Below, piece after piece: positions 53,406-64,000 of a DNA stretch of 64,000 nt. The translations under genes were made by a program, and so were the position numbers. Numbering within the stretch: position 1 is the first letter of the stretch; each line of letters starts with the position of its first letter. Below the pieces are notes generated by a model that was not told where the DNA came from, ran no database searches, and worked only from the letters and a program-made list of their open reading frames with translations. Source of the DNA: Octopus sinensis (taxonomy: Eukaryota); NCBI RefSeq assembly GCF_006345805.1, contig NC_042999.1, positions 173,352,001 to 173,416,000 on the forward strand, in the 5' to 3' direction.

Positions 53406-54117
53406 TAGATAGATAGATAGATATGCAGTTTGTAATGCCTATGAAGCGACACTGTTTAAATGAAGAAAGGAGTGACTTCTTGTGCATATTTATGTATATA
53501 TGTATATATGTAATTACACATGTATATATGTGAATAATTACATCGTAAGCGACATGAGATAGGTTGAGTGATCCGTTTAAAGTCTCTCCCAAAACTTTCT
53601 AGTTTGAATTATGCGGATAAACGATAATGCGGCTGGAACAGTTATTTAATACGCGATGCATTGCTGCATTTGTATTCGGTTATTGATTGTAATTCGGTTT
53701 GATAAATTTATAAGGTCTGGTTGAATAATGGCTATACTAACAGGTACGTGATTTCAGGCAATTAGTGGAATCTAATGAATGATATTCGTTGAGAAACGCT
53801 ATTTAAAATTTGTTGTAGGTAAGAAGGGCAAGAAGTTTCAGCAGTACTCAACCTTCTTGCGCTTCTTATCAAACAGAATAAATGTAACTGGTAAACTGAT
53901 GCGTGTTTTAGGTATATATTATGGGACATCTCATGCTGTATGATGTGTTGATGTCGCGAATTCTTTTATATTATCCTAGGTTATATCTACTTGAAAAATT
54001 ACGTGCAGATATGTATTGCCATTGTCAATAAAGTGTACTCAGTATAAATACACATAGAAGGAGGTATGTGTATAATGTATGTGAGTATAAAATATATTCA
54101 TATAAGTATGTAAGTAT

Positions 54118-54210
<93 letters not shown>

Positions 54211-54213
<3 letters not shown>

Positions 54214-54925
54214 CTTAATCAAAGGACATACTAAGTATGTCTACCTGCTGGAAACAACAGTCAAAACACTAGTTTAAATCGTCAAAATACACTGATAATA
54301 ACAACAGAAATCAACCGCCCGAAGGCAAACGGGCTAAGGCAATATCCAGACGTACAGTGGAGTATTTGGACTCACGTGGACCACTTTTTTGCACTGGCAA
54401 AAGAGTCTCGGCTTCCTCACCACGCGCGTTACCATGATAGAAACCCCACAACCTGTTGTGTTGAAGTCTGCGCCACAACTAATTCGTTTTGCGCCAAAAT
54501 TATGGCAGCCACCCGTGTGAAAATTCTTTCAATACGGAGCAAATAATTAACGAGGAAAAAATAGCTAACGAAAAGATATTTTGCGAAGATATCGGTCCAC
54601 GAGAGTCTAAATACTTGAATGTACGTTGGGAGATTGCCTTAGCCCGTTTGCCTTTGGACGGTTGATTTCCCTAATTATTATCAGTGTATTTTGACAATAT
54701 AAATTTTGACTGTTAATTCCAGTGGGTAAACATACTTAGTATGTCCTTTGATTAATTTCAATCTTTCATCTATTTAATCGTTTTTGGGGGGCCTGCAATT
54801 GCCTATATTAGTGAGTCTGTTATTATCATTTTCAAATTGTTACACTAGATGATAACAGAATCAATGTTATCTTCGCAAAATATGTTTTCTTGAACTATTT
54901 TCTTTCTCGTGAATTATTTGCTCCA
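54211..54925. repeat. pLTR-like element with nested inverted repeats
   Basis: 54211-54382 vs 54594-54758 (~165-bp diverged arms) and 54536-54591 vs 54869-54924; flanked by TA-rich tracts. Confidence 0.75.
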
Positions 54926-56053
54926 TTTTAATGTCCCCTATTGCATTTTTGTTCCATTTTACACTTATGTATATATATATATAGATATACAGACTGAGAG
55001 GTTGATTTGATCGTTAAGAACATTATAGTATTAGAATTTATCTCCTGACTGTAGATTTTTCTTTTAGTTATTTGGATCTGCTAGTGAGGAGGGAGGGATA
55101 TTCGGTTGAATGGAGACAAAGGGTTTTTCTATTTATAGATATCGAGAATGGTAAAATAAATGTCAAAAGTTATTCATGTTGAAGTTAATGTGGTAGGGGG
55201 ATTATAGACTAATAATGTCTTAGAGGTTGCCTACTACTACTTAGCATTGTAACCTTGTATCAAGAAAACTAAGCCAATACCCTTTTTACAATTAACTAAA
55301 TGACCTCAATAAACATTTGTATCTTATAAAGTTATAGAAAATATAGAGATTCCTTTACTTTTGCATAACTATATATACATATGCATTTGCATTATATATA
55401 TAATCGGAATTGGCTAGTAAGTGGTGATTATTTTAATACGTTGGATTAAAAGAAAATGTTCGACCATTTTCTTTTAATCCAACTTATTGGACAGTGTAGG
55501 AGGTGTGTTTGGGTGGGGGAAGGAAGAGCAATGTGGAATTGAAAGGAAGTTGTTGTTTCTCTTTCAAAGTTCAGTGGTTTTGGGTATTGGTCTTTAGCGG
55601 TCAGAATGGTGTGAGTGTGGGTGTCTCTGTGTATTTATATATATATATATATATATATATACATACATGTGTGTGTGTTTGTGTGTGGGGGCCGTCTTTG
55701 ATTAGTCCCAGGGTTTATTGTGGTGTATGTAAATGTGCCTGTGTGTATATGTGTGCACGTTTGTGTGTGTGTATGTGTTTGTTCAGATGTGTGTATGTGT
55801 GCGTCTGTGGGCGCGTGTGTATGCTTATGTATTTTTGGGTTAGTGGGGATGTTATGTGTGTGTAGGTAAGTGTGTGTGTACATGTGTGTGTGTGTATCTC
55901 TGTCTTAGTATGTTTGTGTTGCTATGATTGTCTTGGTGTTGTGTGTGTGCGTATGTATGTGTGTGTATATGTGCGTCTGTATGTGCGCGCGTGTATGTGA
56001 GTGTGTGTGTGTTGTGTCTGAGTATGTCTGTTTTAAAACACACACACACACCA

Positions 56054-56104
<51 letters not shown>

Positions 56105-56146
56105 GTATGTATATGTATATATATATATATATTATATATATAATAT

Positions 56147-57222
56147 AAATATTAGGGAATATATCCAATTACAGGGAAAAAAATCAGATTTAGGATTAAA
56201 TCCAATTTTATAGTAAAATATTATAAAATATTATTTGAGACAAACCACTATTTTGCAAAACAAACAAGAAAGACTTATCAATACATAAAATTTAATAAAT
56301 AGTCAAAAAAACCCCCACTACAATCGTTTCTTGTCTTGATCGACAATCTTCAGGTGGACTCCAATCTAAAAAATCAAAATTTTAAAATAAAAAATAATCT
56401 TTTAAAATAATTAAAGTATAAATGAAAATATAAGTTATAATCCATATATAACCTATATATAATCCATATCGAAAATATAGACTAATTACCACGAATTCCA
56501 AAAAACCATGATAACAAAACTCTTAAAACATATAACGATAAAATCTCCCTTTGCTAAACTCTATAACAAACCTATAAAGTAAACCCCTAACCTAAACATT
56601 CACACACAAATACACACACGTAAACCACAGACTCACGACTTATACACATACCTATACTACTTATAAACCTCAATATACACCAAACCCACTCCCCTCCCCA
56701 CACAGACAAATTAACACATACATCCCAAAACCCTAAAAACAAACCCATATACACATTCACACACAAAACACCACTCACACGCAAAACACTCACACACAAA
56801 AGATACATATACTCCTCACATATACGCCTATACACTCACTAAACTCGACATATACAACAATACTTACACACCCCAAAACATTATATACATTTATGAGCTT
56901 TAAACTCACTAGCATCTCTAACAACAACTTGCAGTAACCCAATCCCATTCTCTATGCCTACCTCACTACTACACTATTCCATTCACATTCCAAGCAACGC
57001 TAGTCCACCACCGGTTATTCACGTGGCAAAACGAACACCACTCAAAAATTATGAATGAAACAATGTAAAAAATAACCAACACCTAAAATAGACAAAATAC
57101 CACAAATTACCTAAAAAAACCTTGATAAACCAAACTCATAAAAGCATATAACGATAAAATCTCCTTTTGCTAAACCCTATAACAAACTTATATAGCAATC
57201 CCCCTAACCTAAACATTCACAC
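56147..57222 (-). mobile_element. Hammerhead-bearing non-coding element with partial tandem structure
   Basis: Starts at (TA)n; ~125-bp segment 56479-56603 repeated at 57089-57222 (period ~615); strong C/A strand bias; HHR at 56315-56357. Confidence 0.7.
56315..56357 (-). ncRNA. Type I hammerhead ribozyme
   Basis: Minus strand CCAC-CTGAAGA-TTGTC-gatcaa-GACAA-GAAA-CGATTG-TA-GTGG; fully paired stems I and II, near-palindromic stem III, GUA triplet. Confidence 0.9.
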
Positions 57223-57383
57223 TCCAGGCACTTGATGTAGGCTTCCGTTTGAATCTGAGGACGTGTGAGAAGGTGAATGGAGGCATAACGTCGACATCAA
57301 AAGTGATCCCTTCAAACACCAGGATCTGAACTGGATGTTTGATTATTATCACTCCAGGACATGTTTTGGGGATACGGCAAGCA
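57223..57383 (-). mobile_element. Tc1/mariner (maT/DD37D-like) transposase fragment
   Basis: IKHPVQILVFEGITFDVDVMPPFTFSH.LRFKTEAYIKCLE, cf. KHP..IMVFG.ITSDG.VMPPFIF..GL.LNT..Y...LE. Confidence 0.6.
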
Positions 57384-57764
57384 AACAGATATATGTATAT
57401 ATATATGTATATATATGTATATATATATGTATATATATATATATATATATATTTTATATATATATAATATATATATATATATATAAATGTTGAAGGTATA
57501 GAGGATTTCTATCTTCCTATTGAACGAACCATTTTAATCTACAGCGAAAGCGCTGTAAGTTCTATTTACTGACTTTGGAATGAAAGGCATTGATGAGAAT
57601 GTTGAAGATACGTTCTCAGTTGCAGATAACTAATGCCTCTATAGAAGAAGTCGTTATAGTAGAGTTTGTAAATGTTTTTTAGAAATTTTCTAGATTGAAA
57701 ATGACGGACCTTCTACACGTGAGAGAAGGAAGGCTTATAAAGCAAACCTACTATTCTGTTAGGG

Positions 57765-58013
57765 GAAGAGGGCGGAGCAGATGAGTAAGGAGACTAGAAG
57801 AATAGGAAGAGTAGGAAGAGAAGGAGTAAGGAGTCAAGAAAATGAGTAAGGAGTGAAGAAGAATAGGAAGTGAAGGAGCAAGAGAAGGATGTGGAGGAGG
57901 AGGAGGAGGAGGGGAGGGGGGAGAAAACGAAGAGCAAGGGGTTATGGAAGAGGAAGGGAATGGAAAAAGAAGGTGCAGGAAGAAAAGCAAGCAGCAGCAG
58001 TAGTGTTAGCAGC

Positions 58014-58063
<50 letters not shown>

Positions 58064-58758
58064 AAAAAGAAGAAGAAGAAAAGAAGAAGAAGAAAAAGAA
58101 CACGAAGGGGAAGGAGATTTGGAGGATGAAGAGGACAAGATAGAGAAGGAGAAGGGATGAGAGATAAGAGAAACAAGCAGCAACAGCAGCAGCAGTATTA
58201 GAAGAAAAGAGAAGAAGAAGAAGATGAACAACAACAATAACAAGTGGAAGAAGACGTAGAAAAAGAAGAAGAAGAAGAAGAAGAAGAAGAAGAGAGAAGA
58301 AGAAGAAGAAGAAGAAGAACAACAACAACAACAACAACAACAATAACAAGAAAAAGAAGAAGAAGAAGAGAAGAAGACCAAGAACAAGAACAAGAACAAG
58401 AAGAAGAAGAAGAAGAGAAGAAGAAGAAGAAGAAGAAGAAGAAGACCTAAGAAAAAAAAGAAGAAGAAGAAGAAGAAGAAGAAGAGAAGAAGAAGAAGAA
58501 GAAGAAGAAGAATAAGAAGAAGAAGAAGAACAACAACAACAACAACAACAACACAACAAGAAAAAGAAGAAGAAGAGAAAGACCAAGAACAAGAAACAAC
58601 AAGAAGAAGAAGAAGAGAAGAAGAAGAAACGAAGAAGAAGAAGAAGACGAAGAAGAAAAGAAGAAGAAGAAGAAGAAGAAGAAGAAGAAGAAGAAGAAGA
58701 AGAAAAGAAGAAGAAGAAGAAGAAGAAGAAGAAGAAGAAGAAGAAGAAGAAGAAGAAC
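57765..58758. repeat. Purine-rich (GAA)n/(GTA)n/(CAA)n low-complexity tract
   Basis: Triplet arrays with internal higher-order duplication; explains all overlapping ORFs. Confidence 0.92.
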
Positions 58759-59453
58759 ATTATGAACAAAAGAAACGATGAGATGTTGGAAAGGCATGGG
58801 AAAACGACTCGAATCAGGAACATGTGGAGAGTTTTCGCAGAATTCATCTTCATCCGGAGGGTACTGCTGATTAATGTTATATTCTCTATGTATATACACG
58901 TATTTGTATGAGCTTACTTGCGTATGAATACGCCATGTATGAATGTCTGTTTGTATGTATATACGTACGCACGTATATATATATAAGCATGCATGTAGGT
59001 ATGTATGCACGATACGTGCATGTACATATGGATAACAAGCACTGAAAGGCAACTCCCTCGTTAACTGTAATATTACCAACAATATGTGCAAAAAGTGCAG
59101 CATCCAATGTAGATCTGTTCCGTTGTGGTCAGATATCTATCTATCTATATTCAGTCATTTACATTTCAATGGTTGTTATAAAGATGAAGGAGTAAGAGAA
59201 CACTACTATTATAATAATTCGGAATAAACTCATGACCTTAGTATGCAATCTGATCTCAACTTCGTAAGTATGTGACCTCTTATTACCTCATGGTGAAAAT
59301 TTCAGCATTTCAGCAAACTTATTAGTGAGGTTCCGTGCTACAATGTAGATTACTTAGATGTATATATGTATCTATTTTCTTATGGAGGATTATATCCCTC
59401 TCCCCCCCTCTCTCTCTCTCTGTATGTCACCTACTCTATCTCGTTATAATACA

Positions 59454-59487
<34 letters not shown>

Positions 59488-60041
59488 CAGTGAATTTGTA
59501 AATGTATGTGCATACATATGTGTGTGTGAATGAATGTTATGCTATAAATATCACTATGTGCATGTTTCGTACCTATAAATTACACACACACACATACACA
59601 CATACACACACACATACACAAATAACATACACACAACAGTGTAAGTGGACTCGGCTGTATGTATCCTTATGTGTGTACCTATATCATTTGTGTGTGTACA
59701 TATCTATACAAATTCATTCAGATAGATACAATTCTCTGCGTTCTCTCGTTTTACACACACATTTACTTTCTTCCATTTTCTCTTTCTTTAATACATTTTC
59801 AGACGTTCTGTTCTCTTCACGATGTCCTTTTCTTCTATCTGCTACAGCGCTTGAATATATGTGTATGCACACAACTAGTTACACAGATACATATATACAC
59901 ATACATAAACACAAACATACTACACAAGTATGTCTGTACGTGTCTCTATGCATATGAGGTCAAGATGAAAAAATTTAATATATCAGCTAATATAGTTCAC
60001 TCTAAAACTCTCATTCCTTCCCCCCTCTCTCTCTGTATATG

Positions 60042-60080
<39 letters not shown>

Positions 60081-60201
60081 ATTGTTCAAATTTATAGAAA
60101 AACCAAAACACGAAGAGAAGTGAGTGAAGAACAAGGAAGTGTATTAGTTTGACGCTCGGGAAAGTGAAAAAGTCTTTTACATTTCAGTATATATATATAT
60201 A

Positions 60202-60268
<67 letters not shown>

Positions 60269-61299
60269 TGTGTGTTTCTATATACACACACGTATATATA
60301 TATACATGATATATATATATATATGTTCGTGTGTGTGTGTAGATATATATCTATACTATAATGGAGAAAGCCGCTTAATAATTAGGTATGTAACAATTAC
60401 TAAGAATAGTAAAAGAAAGGAATTATTAAAGGGTTGACTGTCTGGAAGCATTTTTATAAATTCCTGTTCTAAGAAATTTCTTATAATTTCGATTTCTCAA
60501 GTTTATTGAATTTTTTGCTCCAATTTCTCGCAAATCTGAATATTCATCGCATTCTCTATATCCAATTCTTCGCGAATTTAAATATTCATTGCATTCACTG
60601 CGGGGCATTCAATTTTCATTTGAAAAGTCTCTCACTTTGTCTTTTAATATTTTCAAGTTTGGAAAACCGACAGTTCATTCTATTAATGCATAGGTAATGT
60701 AAAAACATTATTTATCAGATGAAAACGTTTTAAAATACGTATAATTTTTGTTAAACAATTTTTAAGTGATTTTGTTGTTATGGCTGCTTGGAACGCTATA
60801 AGCCTTACAATAATAACTATCCAGACCGATTTTGACCATTTTCCTTTTTAACATAAAATCCATGGGATGAAAGTTTTCGGTAACAAAAAAAAAACAAAAC
60901 AACTCAATCGTTTTTGCTGTTGTTTTTAGCACAATCCAAATAACCCTCCTCTTTCATTCTCACTTGTATTGATGTTTTTTCAACACGTTTCTCCCATTAA
61001 ACACATTTTGTGAAATGTTGATGCCGAAGTAAAACACGCGTGGTTCATTGGTAGAAGAAAAACAAAATAAATTGTAATCTAAATTTTTACCCCCATCTGA
61101 ATCAAGCGAAACCGTATGTATATGTGCAAGAAAAGCCATTTTCTAACCGAAAAGTATGCTATTAAAATGAATTATAGCTTACGTAACTCTTTGTTTGTTT
61201 GTTTTTTAAATCAACGACAATTGCAGCGTGGAAGATATATGTAAGCCATTCAATAACGCACAAAAAGTTAGTTTCACTTCAACATTTAAATTTCATTTG

Positions 61300-61346
61300 T
61301 GTCAAAATATTTTCGTCGCTTTGAAACCGCGACATGTTCACTGACA
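61300..61346 (-). ncRNA. Hammerhead with G3-C8 swapped core (left arm)
   Basis: Minus strand TGTCA-GTGAACA-T-GTCGC-ggtttcaaa-GCGAC-GAAA-ATAT-TT-TGACA. Confidence 0.72.
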
Positions 61347-61378
61347 AAAATTCGTGCTACATAACTTTTGTGAAGTTT

Positions 61379-61425
61379 TGTCAGTGAACACGTCGCGGTT
61401 TCATAGCGACGAAAATATTTTGACA
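61379..61425 (+). ncRNA. Hammerhead with G3-C8 swapped core (right arm)
   Basis: Stem I TGTCA/TGACA; core GTGAACA 61384-61390; one extra nt; stem II GTCGC/GCGAC; GAAA 61411-61414; palindromic stem III AATATT; U17. Confidence 0.72.
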
Positions 61426-62019
61426 CAAATGAAATTTAAATGTTGAAGTGAAACTAACGTTTTGTGTGTTTTTCAATGGCTTACAAGCATCTTCCATGCT
61501 GCAATTGTTTTTACTTTAGCACACGATCTCAGATGAAGTCATTTGCTATGCAATTACATCTCCGTAATTTTATTTTTAAATCACTTTGGATAAATGCCAG
61601 CAATGATCTTCTCAGGGTCTCCAATATTTTAATTTTGAAACAGTAATAAATCAGGGGCAGGGAGTGGCGTCGCAAAAAATTTATAATTTCTTAAATTTTC
61701 TTTTTTATAGCATACAAATATATTTATGGGGAGGGATATTGAAAAAAACATCAATACATGCGAGAGTAATAAAGAAACACGGAGTGTTGTCTTTGGGTGT
61801 GCTAGAAACAGCAGCCAAATTGCCCTTTTAATTATTCATTTTTCTCTCTGAAAATATTAACAATCTTTTAAAACATTTTATACTGAAAATGCTCTTCCGA
61901 TGGTTTTGAAGCTCAAAACAAAAAAAATTGACAAAATAGGTCCGGAATGGATGGTGAGAAGGGGAGCCGATTGCAAAAAACAGTTTTCAAAACTTTTATG
62001 TGAGAACAGATCAACTTGT

Positions 62020-62590
62020 TCGTCACCTTTCTTAACTTTTCCAACTCTACCTCCTCGTGTATCACGTATGACGTTTTTCAAGACATCTGTCTCTCTGTCG
62101 ATTATTTGGTAGAAATATCTTGATTGCAGTATCCACTACTCTTGGTTCCAACATAGCTACAGCATCCGTAACCCTCCGCATCCATAAAAATTCACTTTGG
62201 AGGAAAGAATGACTCAGCTTACTACACAATAAAAACTCTGTCTCGTATCGTCGACGCTACCTGCAAAAGCACTCATCTCTGCGTTCCACGTATCTCTAGG
62301 GTTTGATCCTTGAACAATCGTTTTCTCTTCCTCTAATCTACCACCGCATTATTAAATCTGTCCAGCGTGCCATAATATCACAATTCCCATTTCTGAAGCG
62401 TGATCCAGCTACTTCCGACCTCCTTACATAGAACTGTAATCTGATGTGACACTCTCGACCACAACACATCATCTACTCAACACAGCCAACACGGGTCTTC
62501 AGTAGTCTCATTTTCACTACTTCACCCGTCCGTTCCTTTCAAAACTAATACTTTCATAATCGGACTTAGTACCTACATAGATCTCCAGAA
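62020..62590 (-). mobile_element. Possible RTE-type LINE endonuclease remnant
   Basis: GC-richer block with weak APE-like fragments (KGRTGEVV, VGCVE); heavily decayed. Confidence 0.35.
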
Positions 62591-63233
62591 ACCTCATTTA
62601 CTGCAATAAAATGCCAACTATGTTCAATGTTAAATGCATTCCAAGTTGGGTAGAAAATTTGTTAATATGTTGATCGTGTAATGTGGATATGTAACATTTA
62701 TGACTCACGGATCACTCGTATCCTGTCATATATCTCTGCGCACACCCGTTTTTCGCTTCAGAGTGGATATCCCATCTTTCGAATGGAGGTGTGTAACAGA
62801 CTTTCTACCAGCACCGAAAAATTCAACTTCATGTATTAAATCATTGAATCAATTTTTATAGCTATCTGGATTCATATGACTATATACACAGTGGGCCTCT
62901 ATTCAATAAATGCACAGAAGCACACACAAAAATTTCAATATATCTACAGAAACACCTGAACATTGCATACACATAGTACATACACCTACGCTTATTCGAT
63001 ATGCTTATACACATATAGCAATGCACACGCGAGCGAACACACACACACACACACATATGTTGCAAACATGTGCACACATATCGCTGCACACACACATACA
63101 CACACATACCATTAAGCCCCAGCTCCCTCCACTGACGCTCGTCCATTCACTTGACATTCAACGATATTCATCTCCTAAACCGTAATTCACTATCCACAAG
63201 CACTTAGGAATTATACCATAAGAAAACATATAT

Positions 63234-63279
<46 letters not shown>

Positions 63280-63619
63280 TAGATACCAGAGCAGGTAAAC
63301 GCGCACCTATCATATGCACGTACATCATGACACACAAGAGGTTGCACGCTTATTATGTTTTGTAATGTTCACTCTTTTAACCTTAAAACCTATTTCATAC
63401 ATTCTTTACAAAACAGCAAAGACAACTCGCTCTAAAAGTAATAGTATTTTCTATTGGTATTGTTTCAGATGACGTCATTCTTAGTAACGTGACAGATTTT
63501 GTACACAGTACGGCCGACTGACAATAGTATCAATACTGATAATATAATGTGTACTCTGAGAATAAAGTCACCTTTTCGAAGTTAGATGTAGCATTAAAAT
63601 AGAAAGTGTCTCTTTAGCC

Positions 63620-64000
63620 TTGCTGTAGAAATTCTTGAGACTAAAATTCAAGAAGCATTGTGTAGTAGTGAGATGTTGGAAACATAAGTAGAGATGTTGG
63701 AAATATAAATGGAATAACAGAAAAGAAGATAGTGAAATTAAGACACAGGGACGAGGTGCAGAAGATTACAGTTAATTAAAGACAAAACAAGGCAAACAAA
63801 ATATTAAAGCCGTATCAGGTTAAAAGAAATAGATACCAATAATGAGTAAACCAATATCAGTAGAACTAGCTCTTCAGAAACAATAAAAGTAGAGTTTAGG
63901 AGCAGATGAGCAATGAGAATGAACATCAAATGCTGAAGTAGCAAGGATTTTTGGTCAGATATTTGAAGCAAAGACCTTCAAAATAACAGGGAATCTGAAT
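63620..64000 (+). mobile_element. Old R4/Dong-type LINE pre-RT remnant (runs off window)
   Basis: NQYQ.N.LFRNNK ... AE.A.DFWSDI resembles the R4/Dong pre-RT region (cf. TAEELEEFWREIW at 46043-46080). Confidence 0.5.

Larger units (their letters stand above)
61217..61508. mobile_element. Foldback element, ~137-bp inverted arms, each carrying a variant hammerhead
   Basis: ACAATTGCAGCGTGGAAGAT...CACTGACAAAAATTC (61217-61353) is the reverse complement of 61372-61508; ~18-nt spacer. Confidence 0.9.

Noticed and set aside
60712-60745. CAGATGA-AAAC-GTTT-TAAAA-TACGTA motif
   Set aside because: Both core boxes deviate and AT-rich chance pairing is likely.

Overview
AT-rich, microsatellite-saturated eukaryotic non-coding DNA. 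The SINE families and repeat spectrum look like a cephalopod (Octopus-type) genome; this is an inference. No intact host gene is supported, and almost all supplied ORFs are microsatellite translations. Recognisable content is transposon debris: one full-length degenerate Tc1, three mariner/Tc1 remnants, a young 5'-truncated R4/Dong-type RLE LINE inside a (TAA)n tract plus three older RLE remnants, three CR1-type LINE fragments, tRNA-derived SINEs, and three Penelope-like (PLE) coding remnants, two of them with inverted pseudo-LTRs. The main unexplained signal is a dense set of type I hammerhead ribozyme (HHR) motifs: about 10 well-formed copies, 4 core-variant copies and several decayed ones, from at least 6 unrelated repeat families. 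They sit in short non-coding units (about 480-620 bp where a period is visible) arranged as partial tandem or inverted copies, mostly next to (TA)n tracts. They include a 3-copy ~530-bp tandem array with GUC-cleaving HHRs, a family with stem covariation, and a foldback element with a natural G3-C8 swapped core. This looks like a diverse retrozyme / non-autonomous Penelope system. All folds were paired by eye; no activity was computed or tested.
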